Shown here in pieces: positions 16,841 to 32,699 of a stretch of DNA of 64,000 bases. The position numbers and the translations under genes are program-made. The number at the start of each line of letters is the position of its first letter. Position 1 is the first letter of the stretch. The notes beneath the pieces were generated by a model. That model worked only from the letters and a program-made list of their open reading frames with translations. It searched no databases and was not told the origin of the DNA. Source of the stretch: Eledone cirrhosa (lineage: Eukaryota); NCBI GenBank assembly GCA_964016885.1, contig OZ024740.1, forward strand, positions 46,190,001-46,254,000. Reading direction: 5' to 3'.

Positions 16841-19800
16841 CATCTAGGACCACATACAACACACGAGAAAATAATACACACATCTAGGACCATATGCAAC
16901 ACACGAGAAGGTAATACACACATCTAGGACCATATGCAACACACGAGAAGGTAATACACACATCTAGGACCACATACAACACACGAGAAGGTAATACACA
17001 CATCTAGGACCACATACAACACACGAGAAGGTAATACACACATCTAGGACCACATACAACACACGAGAAGGTAATACACACATCTAGGACCACATACAAC
17101 ACACGAGAAAATAATACACACATCTAGGACCATATGCAACACACGAGAAGGTAATACACACATCTAGGACCACATACAACACACGAGAAGGTAATACACA
17201 CATCTAGGACCACATACAACACACGAGAAAATAATACACACATCTAGGACCATATGCAACACACGAGAAGGTAATACACACATCTAGGACCATATGCAAC
17301 ACACGACAAGGTAATACACACATCTAGGACCACATACAACACACGAGAAGGTAATACACACATCTAGGACCACATACAACACACGAGAAGGTAGTACACA
17401 CATCTAAGACTACATACAACACACGAGAAGGTAGTACACATATCTAGGACCATATACAACACACGAGAAGGTAATACACACACCTAGGACCACATACAAC
17501 ACACGAGAGGGTAATACACACATCTAGGACCAAATGCAACACACGAGAAGGAAATACACACATCTAGGACTACATACAACACACGAGAAGGTAATACACA
17601 CACCTATGGCCACATACAACACACGAGAAGGTAATACACACATCTAAGACCACATACAACACACGATAAGGTAATACACACATCTAGAACCATATACAAC
17701 ACACGAGAAGATAATACACACATCTAGGACCACATACAACACACGAGAAGGTAATACACACATCTAGAACCACATACAACACACAAGAAGGTAATACACA
17801 CATCTAAGACCATATACGACACACGAGAAGGTAATACACACATCTAGGACCACATACAACACACGAGAAGGTAATACACACATTCTAGGACCACATACAA
17901 CACACGAGAAGGTAATACACACATCTAGGACTACAAACAACACACGAGAAGGTAATACACACACCTATGGCCACATACAACACACGAGAAGGTAATACAC
18001 ACACCTATGGCCACATACAACACACGAGAAGGTAATACACACATCTAGGACCACATACAACACACGAGAAGGTAATACACACATCTAGGACTACAAACAA
18101 CACACGAGAAGGCAATACACACACCTATGGCCACATACAACACACGAGAAGGTAATACACACATCTAGGACCACATACAACACACGAGAAGGTAATACAC
18201 ACATCTAGGACTACAAACAACACACGAGAAGGTAATAAACACACCTATGGCCACATACAACACACGAGAAGGTAATACACACATCTAAGACCACATACAA
18301 CACACGAGAAGGTAATACACACATCTAGAACCATATACAACACACGAGAAGATAATACACACATCTAGGACCACATACAACACACGAGAAGATAATACAC
18401 ACATCTAGGACCACATACAACACACGGGAAGGTAATACACACATCTAAGACCATATACAACACACGAGAAGATAATACACACATCTAAGACCACATACAA
18501 CACACGAGAAGGTAATAGACACATCTAGGACCACATACAACACACGAGAAGGTAATACACACATCTAAGACCACATACAACACACGAGAAGGTAATACAC
18601 ACATCTAAGACTACATACAACTCACGAGAAGGTAATACACACATCTAGGACCACATACAACACACGAGAAGGTAATACACACATCTAGGACCACATACAA
18701 CACACGAGAAGGTAATACACACATCTAGGACCACATACAACACACGAGAAGGTAATACACACATCTTGGACCACATACAACACACGAGAAGGTAATACAC
18801 ACATCTAGGACCACATACAACACACGAGAAGGTAATACACACATCTAGGACCACATACAACACACGAGAAGGTAATACACACATCTAGGACCATATACAA
18901 CACACGAGAAGGTAATACACACACCTAGGACCACATACAACAGACGAGCAGGTAATACACACATGTAGGACCATATATAACACACGATAAGGTAATACAC
19001 ATATCTAAGACTACATACAACACACGAGAAGGTAATACACGCATCTAGGACCACATACAACACACGAGAAGGTAATACACACATCTAGGACCACATACAA
19101 CACACGAGAAGGTAATACACACATCTAGGACCACATACAACACACGAGAAAATAATACACACATCTAGGACCATATGCAACACACGAGAAGGTAATACAC
19201 ACATCTAGGACCACATACAACACACGAGAAGGTAATACACACATCTAGGACCACATACAACACACGAGAAAATAATACACACATCTAGGACCATATGCAA
19301 CACACGAGAAGGTAATACACACATCTAGGACCATATGCAACACACGAGAAGGTAATACACACATCTAGGACCACATACAACACACGAGAAGGTAATACAC
19401 ACATCTAGGACCACATACAACACACGAGAAGGTAATACACACATCTAGGACCACATACAACACACGAGAAGGTAATACACACATCTAGGACCACATACAA
19501 CACACGAGAAAATAATACACACATCTAGGACCATATGCAACACACGAGAAGGTAATACACACATCTAGGACCACATACAACACACGAGAAGGTAATACAC
19601 ACATCTAGGACCACATACAACACACGAGAAAATAATACACACATCTAGGACCATATGCAACACACGAGAAGGTAATACACACATCTAGGACCATATGCAA
19701 CACACGAGAAGGTAATACACACATCTAGGACCACATACAACACACGAGAAGGTAATACACACATCTAGGACCACATACAACACACGAGAAGGTAATACAC
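15000..19800. repeat. Tandem duplication of a 2401-bp (60-monomer) block
   Basis: Identical variant order at offset 2401: ORF pairs 15363/17764, 16244/18645, 16444/18845. GTAGTACACATAT occurs at ~15030 and ~17431. Confidence 0.85.
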
Positions 19801-19919
19801 ACATCTAGAACCATATACAACACACGAGCAGGTAATACACACATCTAGCACCACATACAACACACGAGAAGGTAATACACACATCCTGGACCACATACAA
19901 CACACGAGAAGGTAATACA

Positions 19920-22900
19920 CACATCTAAGACCAACCATATACAACACACGAGAAGGTAATACACACATCTAGGACCACATACAACACACGAGAAGGTAAT
20001 ACACACATTCTAGGACCACATACAACACACGAGAAGGTAATACACACATCTAGGACTACTAACAACACACGAGAAGGTAATACACACACCTATGGCCACA
20101 TACAACACACGAGAAGGTAATACACACATCTAGGACCACATTCAACACACGAGAAGGTAATACACACATTCTAGGACCACATACAACACACGAGAAGATA
20201 ATACACACATCTAGGACTACAAACAACACACGAGAAGGTAATACACACACCTATGGCCACATACAACACACGAGAAGGTAATACACACATCTAAGACCAC
20301 ATACAACACACGAGAAGGTAATACACACATCTAGAACCATATACAATACACGAGAAGATAATACACACATCTAGGACCACATACAACACACGAGAAGATA
20401 ATACACACATCTAGGACCACATACAACACACGGGAAGGTAATACACACATCTAAGACCATATACAACACACGAGAAGATAATACACACATCTAGGACCAC
20501 ATACAACACATGAGAAGGTAATAGACACATCTAGGACCACATACAACACACGAGAAGGTAATACACACATCTAAGACCACATACAACACACGAGAAGGTA
20601 ATACACACATCTAAGACTACATACAACACACGAGAAGGTAGTACACATATCTAGGACCATATACAACACACGAGAAGGTAATACACACACCTAGGACCAC
20701 ATACAACACACGAGAGGGTAATACACACATCTAGGACCAAATGCAACACACGAGAAGGAAATACACACATCTAGGACTACATACAACACACGAGAAGGTA
20801 ATACACACACCTATGGCCACATACAACACACGAGAAGGTAATACACACATCTAAGACCACATACAACACACGATAAGGTAATACACACATCTAGAACCAT
20901 ATACAACACACGAGAAGATAATACACACATCTAGGACCACATACAACACACGAGAAGGTAATACACACATCTAGAACCACATACAACACACAAGAAGGTA
21001 ATACACACATCTAAGACCATATACGACACACGAGAAGGTAATACACACATCTAGGACCACATACAACACACGAGAAGGTAATACACACATTCTAGGACCA
21101 CATACAACACACGAGAAGGTAATACACACATCTAGGACTACAAACAACACACGAGAAGGTAATACACACACCTATGGCCACATACAACACACGAGAAGGT
21201 AATACACACACCTATGGCCACATACAACACACGAGAAGGTAATACACACATCTAGGACCACATACAACACACGAGAAGGTAATACACACATCTAGGACTA
21301 CAAACAACACACGAGAAGGCAATACACACACCTATGGCCACATACAACACACGAGAAGGTAATACACACATCTAGGACCACATACAACACACGAGAAGGT
21401 AATACACACATCTAGGACTACAAACAACACACGAGAAGGTAATAAACACACCTATGGCCACATACAACACACGAGAAGGTAATACACACATCTAAGACCA
21501 CATACAACACACGAGAAGGTAATACACACATCTAGAACCATATACAACACACGAGAAGATAATACACACATCTAGGACCACATACAACACACGAGAAGAT
21601 AATACACACATCTAGGACCACATACAACACACGGGAAGGTAATACACACATCTAAGACCATATACAACACACGAGAAGATAATACACACATCTAAGACCA
21701 CATACAACACACGAGAAGGTAATAGACACATCTAGGACCACATACAACACACGAGAAGGTAATACACACATCTAAGACCACATACAACACACGAGAAGGT
21801 AATACACACATCTAAGACTACATACAACTCACGAGAAGGTAATACACACATCTAGGACCACATACAACACACGAGAAGGTAATACACACATCTAGGACTA
21901 CATACAACACACGAGAAGGTAGTACACATATCTAGGACCATATACAACACACGAGAAGGTAATACACACACCTAGGACCACATACAACACACGAGAGGGT
22001 AATACACACATCTAGGACCAAATGCAACACACGAGAAGGAAATACACACATCTAGGACTACATACAACACACGAGAAGGTAATACACACACCTATGGCCA
22101 CATACAACACACGAGAAGGTAATACACACATCTAAGACCACATACAACACACGATAAGGTAATACACACATCTAGAACCATATACAACACACGAGAAGAT
22201 AATACACACATCTAGGACCACATACAACACACGAGAAGGTAATACACACATCTAGAACCACATACAACACACAAGAAGGTAATACACACATCTAAGACCA
22301 TATACGACACACGAGAAGGTAATACACACATCTAGGACCACATACAACACACGAGAAGGTAATACACACATTCTAGGACCACATACAACACACGAGAAGG
22401 TAATACACACATCTAGGACTACAAACAACACACGAGAAGGTAATACACACACCTATGGCCACATACAACACACGAGAAGGTAATACACACACCTATGGCC
22501 ACATACAACACACGAGAAGGTAATACACACATCTAGGACCACATACAACACACGAGAAGGTAATACACACATCTAGGACTACAAACAACACACGAGAAGG
22601 CAATACACACACCTATGGCCACATACAACACACGAGAAGGTAATACACACATCTAGGACCACATACAACACACGAGAAGGTAATACACACATCTAGGACT
22701 ACAAACAACACACGAGAAGGTAATAAACACACCTATGGCCACATACAACACACGAGAAGGTAATACACACATCTAAGACCACATACAACACACGAGAAGG
22801 TAATACACACATCTAGAACCATATACAACACACGAGAAGATAATACACACATCTAGGACCACATACAACACACGAGAAGATAATACACACATCTAGGACC

Positions 22901-25900
22901 ACATACAACACACGGGAAGGTAATACACACATCTAAGACCATATACAACACACGAGAAGATAATACACACATCTAAGACCACATACAACACACGAGAAGG
23001 TAATAGACACATCTAGGACCACATACAACACACGAGAAGGTAATACACACATCTAAGACCACATACAACACACGAGAAGGTAATACACACATCTAAGACT
23101 ACATACAACTCACGAGAAGGTAATACACACATCTAGGACCACATACAACACACGAGAAGGTAATACACACATCTAGGACCACATACAACACACGAGAAGG
23201 TAATACACACATCTAGGACCACATACAACACACGAGAAGGTAATACACACATCTTGGACCACATACAACACACGAGAAGGTAATACACACATCTAGGACC
23301 ACATACAACACACGAGAAGGTAATACACACATCTAGGACCACATACAACACACGAGAAGGTAATACACACATCTAGGACCATATACAACACACGAGAAGG
23401 TAATACACACACCTAGGACCACATACAACAGACGAGCAGGTAATACACACATGTAGGACCATATATAACACACGATAAGGTAATACACATATCTAAGACT
23501 ACATACAACACACGAGAAGGTAATACACGCATCTAGGACCACATACAACACACGAGAAGGTAATACACACATCTAGGACCACATACAACACACGAGAAGG
23601 TAATACACACATCTAGGACCACATACAACACACGAGAAAATAATACACACATCTAGGACCATATGCAACACACGAGAAGGTAATACACACATCTAGGACC
23701 ACATACAACACACGAGAAGGTAATACACACATCTAGGACCACATACAACACACGAGAAAATAATACACACATCTAGGACCATATGCAACACACGAGAAGG
23801 TAATACACACATCTAGGACCATATGCAACACACGAGAAGGTAATACACACATCTAGGACCACATACAACACACGAGAAGGTAATACACACATCTAGGACC
23901 ACATACAACACACGAGAAGGTAATACACACATCTAGGACCACATACAACACACGAGAAGGTAATACACACATCTAGGACCACATACAACACACGAGAAAA
24001 TAATACACACATCTAGGACCATATGCAACACACGAGAAGGTAATACACACATCTAGGACCACATACAACACACGAGAAGGTAATACACACATCTAGGACC
24101 ACATACAACACACGAGAAAATAATACACACATCTAGGACCATATGCAACACACGAGAAGGTAATACACACATCTAGGACCATATGCAACACACGAGAAGG
24201 TAATACACACATCTAGGACCACATACAACACACGAGAAGGTAATACACACATCTAGGACCACATACAACACACGAGAAGGTAATACACACATCTAAGACC
24301 ACATACAACACACGAGAAGGTAGTACACACATCTAAGACTACATACAACACACGAGAAGGTAGTACACATATCTAGGACCATATACAACACACGAGAAGG
24401 TAATACACACACCTAGGACCACATACAACACACGAGAGGGTAATACACACATCTAGGACCAAATGCAACACACGAGAAGGAAATACACACATCTAGGACT
24501 ACATACAACACACGAGAAGGTAATACACACACCTATGGCCACATACAACACACGAGAAGGTAATACACACATCTAAGACCACATACAACACACGATAAGG
24601 TAATACACACATCTAGAACCATATACAACACACGAGAAGATAATACACACATCTAGGACCACATACAACACACGAGAAGGTAATACACACATCTAGAACC
24701 ACATACAACACACAAGAAGGTAATACACACATCTAAGACCATATACGACACACGAGAAGGTAATACACACATCTAGGACCACATACAACACACGAGAAGG
24801 TAATACACACATTCTAGGACCACATACAACACACGAGAAGGTAATACACACATCTAGGACTACAAACAACACACGAGAAGGTAATACACACACCTATGGC
24901 CACATACAACACACGAGAAGGTAATACACACACCTATGGCCACATACAACACACGAGAAGGTAATACACACATCTAGGACCACATACAACACACGAGAAG
25001 GTAATACACACATCTAGGACTACAAACAACACACGAGAAGGCAATACACACACCTATGGCCACATACAACACACGAGAAGGTAATACACACATCTAGGAC
25101 CACATACAACACACGAGAAGGTAATACACACATCTAGGACTACAAACAACACACGAGAAGGTAATAAACACACCTATGGCCACATACAACACACGAGAAG
25201 GTAATACACACATCTAAGACCACATACAACACACGAGAAGGTAATACACACATCTAGAACCATATACAACACACGAGAAGATAATACACACATCTAGGAC
25301 CACATACAACACACGAGAAGATAATACACACATCTAGGACCACATACAACACACGGGAAGGTAATACACACATCTAAGACCATATACAACACACGAGAAG
25401 ATAATACACACATCTAAGACCACATACAACACACGAGAAGGTAATAGACACATCTAGGACCACATACAACACACGAGAAGGTAATACACACATCTAAGAC
25501 CACATACAACACACGAGAAGGTAATACACACATCTAAGACTACATACAACTCACGAGAAGGTAATACACACATCTAGGACCACATACAACACACGAGAAG
25601 GTAATACACACATCTAGGACCACATACAACACACGAGAAGGTAATACACACATCTAGGACCACATACAACACACGAGAAGGTAATACACACATCTTGGAC
25701 CACATACAACACACGAGAAGGTAATACACACATCTAGGACCACATACAACACACGAGAAGGTAATACACACATCTAGGACCACATACAACACACGAGAAG
25801 GTAATACACACATCTAGGACCATATACAACACACGAGAAGGTAATACACACACCTAGGACCACATACAACAGACGAGCAGGTAATACACACATGTAGGAC

Positions 25901-26850
25901 CATATATAACACACGATAAGGTAATACACATATCTAAGACTACATACAACACACGAGAAGGTAATACACGCATCTAGGACCACATACAACACACGAGAAG
26001 GTAATACACACATCTAGGACCACATACAACACACGAGAAGGTAATACACACATCTAGGACCACATACAACACACGAGAAAATAATACACACATCTAGGAC
26101 CATATGCAACACACGAGAAGGTAATACACACATCTAGGACCACATACAACACACGAGAAGGTAATACACACATCTAGGACCACATACAACACACGAGAAA
26201 ATAATACACACATCTAGGACCATATGCAACACACGAGAAGGTAATACACACATCTAGGACCATATGCAACACACGAGAAGGTAATACACACATCTAGGAC
26301 CACATACAACACACGAGAAGGTAATACACACATCTAGGACCACATACAACACACGAGAAGGTAATACACACATCTAGGACCACATACAACACACGAGAAG
26401 GTAATACACACATCTAGGACCACATACAACACACGAGAAAATAATACACACATCTAGGACCATATGCAACACACGAGAAGGTAATACACACATCTAGGAC
26501 CACATACAACACACGAGAAGGTAATACACACATCTAGGACCACATACAACACACGAGAAAATAATACACACATCTAGGACCATATGCAACACACGAGAAG
26601 GTAATACACACATCTAGGACCATATGCAACACACGAGAAGGTAATACACACATCTAGGACCACATACAACACACGAGAAGGTAATACACACATCTAGGAC
26701 CACATACAACACACGAGAAGGTAATACACACATCTAGAACCATATACAACACACGAGCAGGTAATACACACATCTAGCACCACATACAACACACGAGAAG
26801 GTAATACACACATCCTGGACCACATACAACACACGAGAAGGTAATACACA
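19920..26850. repeat. Copy of the ~14280-19920 block, containing further 1281-bp and 2441-bp internal duplications
   Basis: The block begins with the ACCAACC monomer (19929 vs 14281) and ends with the private ATCCTGG monomer (~26812 vs ~19883). ORF pairs: 15363/20971, 20971/22252 (1281), 22252/24693 and 23133/25574 (2441). Confidence 0.8.
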
Positions 26851-29800
26851 CATCCAGGACCACATACAACACACGAGAAGATAATACACACATCTAGGAC
26901 CACATACAACACACGAGAAGGTAATACACGCATCTAGTGCCACATACAACATACGATAAGGTAATACACACATCTAGGACCATATACAACACACAAGAAG
27001 GTAATACACACATCTAAGACTACATACAACACACCAGAAGGTAATACATATATCTAGGAACATATACAACACACGAGAAGGTAATACACACATCTAGGAC
27101 CATATACAACGGACGAGCAGGTAATACACACATCTAGGACCATATACAACACACGAGAAGGTAATACACACATCTAAGACTACATACAACACACGAGAAG
27201 GTAATACACACACCTAGGACCACATACAACACACGAGAAGGTAATACACACATCTAGGACCATATACAACACACGATAAGGTAATACACACATCTAAGAA
27301 TACATACAACACACGAGAAGGTAATACACACATCTAGGACCATATACAACACACAAGAAGGTAATACACACATCTAGGACCATATACAACACACGAGAAG
27401 GTAATACACACACCTAGGACCACATACAACACACGAGAGGGTAATACACACATCTAGGACCATATGCAACACACGAGAAGGTAATACACACATCTAGGAC
27501 TACATACAACACACGAGAAGGTAATACACACACCTATGGCCACATACAACACACGAGAAGGTAATACACACATCTAAGACCACATACAACACACGATAAG
27601 GTAATACACACATCTAGAACCATATACAACACACGAGAAGATAATACACACATCTAGGACCACATACAACACACGAGAAGGTAATACACACATCTAGGAC
27701 TACATACAACACACGAGAAGATAATACACACATCTAGGACCACATACAACACACGAGAAGGTAATACACACATCTAAGACCATATACAACACACGAGAAG
27801 GTAATACACACATCTAGGACCACATACAACACACGAGAAGGTAATACACACATTCTAGGACCACATACAACACACGAGAAGGTAATACACACATCTAGGA
27901 CTACAAACAACACACGAGAAGGTAATACACACACCTATGGCCACATACAACACACGAGAAGGTAATACACACACCTATGGCCACATACAACACACGAGAA
28001 GGTAATACACACATTCTAGGACCACATACAACACACGATAAGGTAATACACACATCTAGGACAACAAACAACACACGATAAGGTAATACACACACCTATG
28101 GCCACATACAACACACGAGAAGGTAATACACACATCTAAGACCACATACAACACACGAGAAGGTAATACACACATCTAGAACCATATACAACACACGAGA
28201 AGATAATACACACATCTAGGACCACATACAACACACGAGAAGATAATACACACATCTAGGACCACATACAACACACGAGAAGGTAATACACACATCTAAG
28301 ACCATATACAACACACGAGAAGGTAATACACACATCTAGGACCACATACAACACACGAGAAGGTAATACACACACCTATGGCCACATACAACACACCAGA
28401 AGGTAATACACACACCTATGGCCACATACAACACACGAGAAGGTAATACACACATTCTAGGACCACATACAACACACGAGAAGGTAATACACACATCTAA
28501 GACCACATACAACACACGAGAAGGTAATACACACATCTAGGACCACATACAACACACGAGAAGGTAATACACACATCTAGGACTACAAACAACACACGAG
28601 AAGGTAATACACACACCTATGGCCACATTCAACACACGAGAAGGTAATACACACACGTATGGCCACATACAACACACGAGAAGGTAATACACACATTCTA
28701 GGACCACATACAACACACGAGAAGGTAATACACACATCTAGGACTACAAACAACACACGATAAGGTAATACACACACCTATGGCCACATACAACACACGA
28801 GAAGGTAATACACACATCTAAGACTACATACAACTCACGAGAAGGTAATACACACATCTAGGACCACATACAACACACGAGAAGGAAATACACACATCTA
28901 GGACCACATACAACACACGAGAAGGTAATACACACATCTAGGACCACATACAACACACGAAAAGGTAATACACACATCTTGGACCACATACAACACACGA
29001 GAATGTAATACACACATCTAGGATCACATACAACACACGAGAAGGTAATACACACATCTAGGACCATATACAACACACGAGAAGGTAATACACACACCTA
29101 GGACCATATACAACAGACGAGCAGGTAATACACACATCTAGGCCCATATACAACACAGGATAAGGTAATACACACATCTAAGACTACATACAACACACGA
29201 GAAGGTAATACACACATCTAGGACCATATGCAACACACGAGAAGGTAATACACACATCTAGGACCACATACAACACACGAGAAGGTAATACACACACCTA
29301 GGACCATATACAACACACGAGAAGGTAATACACACATCTAGGACCACATACAACACACGAGAAGGTAATACACACATCTAGAAACATATACAACACACGA
29401 GCAGGTAATACACACATCTAGGACGACATACAACACACGAGAAGGTAATACACACATCTAGGACCACATACAACACACGAGAAGGTAATACACACATCTA
29501 GGACCACATACAACACACGAGAAGTTAATACACAAATCTAGGACCACATACAACACACGATAAGGTAATACACACATCTAAGACCATATACAACACACAA
29601 GAAGGTAATACACACATCTAGGACCACGTACAACAGACAAGCAGGTAATACACACATCTAGGACAACATACAACACACGATAAGGTAATACTCACATCTA
29701 AGAATACATACAACACACGAGAAGGTAATACACACATCTAGGACCATATACAACAGACGAGCAGGTAATACACACATCTAGGACCATATACAACACACGA

Positions 29801-32699
29801 GAAGGTAATACACACATCTAGGACCACATACAACACACGATAAGGTATTACACACATCTAGGACCATATACAACACTCGAGAAGGTAATACACACACCTA
29901 GGACCATATACAACACTCGAGAAGGTAATACACACATCTAGGACCACATACAACACACGAGAAGGTAATACACACATCTAGCACCACATACAACACACGA
30001 GAAGGTAATACACACATCTAGGACTAGAAACAACACACGATAAGGTAATACACACACCTATGGCCACATACAACACACGATAAGGTAATACACACATCTA
30101 AGACCACATACAACACACGAGAAGGTAATACACACATCTAGAACCATATACAACACACGAGAAGATAATACACACATCTAGGACCACATACAACACACGA
30201 GAAGATAATACACACATCTAGGACCACATACAACACACGAGAAGGTAATACACACATCTAAGACCATATACAACACACGAGAATGTAATACACACATCTA
30301 GGACCATATACAACACACGATAAGGTAATACACACATCTATGACCATATGCAACACACGAGAAGGTAATACACACATCTAGGACCGCATACAACACACGA
30401 GAAGGTAATACACACACCTATGGCCACATAGAACACACGAGAAGGTAATACACACATCTAAGACCACATACAACACACGAGAAGGAAATACACACATCTA
30501 GAACCATATACAACACACGAGAAGATAATACACACATCTAGGACCACATACGACACACGAGAAGGTAATACACACATCTAAGACAATATACAACACACGA
30601 GAAGGTAATACACACATCTAGGACCACATACAACACACGAGAAGGTAATACACACATCTAGGACCACATACAACACACGAGAAAGTAATACACACATCTA
30701 AGACAACATACAACACACGAGAAGGTAATACACACATCTAAGACTACATACAACTCACGAGAAGGTAATACACACATCTAGGACCACATACAACACACGA
30801 GAAGTTAATACACACATCTAGGACCACATACAACACACGAGAAGGTAATACACACATCTAGGACCACATACAACACACGAGAAGGTCATACACACATCTT
30901 GGACCACATACAACACACGAGAAGGTAATACACACATCTAGGACTACATACAACACACGAGAAGGTAAAACACACATCTAGGACCATATACAACACACGA
31001 GAAGGTAATACACACACCTAGGACCATATACAACAGACGAGCAGGTAATACACACATCTAGGACCATATACAACACACGATAAGGTAATACACACATCTA
31101 AGACCACATACAACACACGAGAAGGTAATACACACATCTAGAACCATATACAACACACGAGAAGATAATACACACATCTAGGACCACATACAACACACTA
31201 GAAGATAATACACACATCTAGGACCACATACAACACACGAGAAGGTAATACACACATCTAAGACCATATACAACACACGAGAAGGTAATACACACATCTA
31301 GGACCACATACAACACACGAGAAGGTAATACACACATCTAGAACCATATACAACACACGAGAAGATAATACACACATCTAGGACCACATACAACACACGA
31401 GAAGGAAATACACACATCTAGGACCACATACAACACACGAGAATGTAATACACACATCTAGGACCACATACAACACACGAAAAGGTAATACACACATCTT
31501 GGACCACATACAACACACGAGAAGGTAATACACACATCTAGGATCACATACAACACACGAGAAGGTAATACACACATCTAGGACCATATACAACACACGA
31601 GAAGGTAATACACACACCTAGGACCATATACAACAGACGAGCAGGTAATACACACATCTAGGCCCATATACAACACACGATAAGGTAATACACACATCTA
31701 AGACTACATACAACACACGAGAAGGTAATACACACATCTAGGACCATATGCAACACACGAGAAGGTAATACACACATCTAGGACCACATACAACACACGA
31801 GAAGGTAATACACACACCTAGGACCATATACAACACACGAGAAGGTAATACACACATCTAGGACCACATACAACACACGAGAAGGTAATACACACATCTA
31901 GAAACATATACAACACACGAGCAGGTAATACACACATCTAGGACCACATACAACACACGAGAAGGTAATACACACATCTAGGACCACATACAACACACGA
32001 GAAGGTAATACACACATCTAGGACCACATACAACACACGAGAAGTTACTACACACATCTAGGACCACATACAACACACGATAAGGTAATACACACATCTA
32101 AGACCATATACAACACACAAGAAGGTAATACACACATCTAGGACCACGTACAACAGACAAGCAGGTAATACACACATCTAGGACAACATACAACACACGA
32201 TAAGGTAATACTCACATCTAAGAATACATAAAACACACGAGAAGGTAATACACACATCTAGGATCATATACAACAGACGAGCAGGTAATACGCACATCTA
32301 GGACCATATACAACACACGAGAAGGTAATACACACATCTAGGACCATATGCAACACACGAGAAGGTAATACACACATCTAGGACCACATACAACACACGA
32401 GAAGGTAATACACACACCTAGGACCATATACAACATACGAGAAGGTAATACACACATCTAGGACCACATACAACACGCAAGAAGGTAATACACACATCTA
32501 GAAACATATACAACACACGAGCAGGTAATACACACATCTAGGACCACATACAACACACGAGAAGGTAATACACACATCTAGGACCACATACAACACACGA
32601 GAAGGTAATACACACATCTAGGACCACATACAACACACGAGAAGGTAATACACACATCTAGAACCATATACAACACACGAGAAGATAATACACACATCT

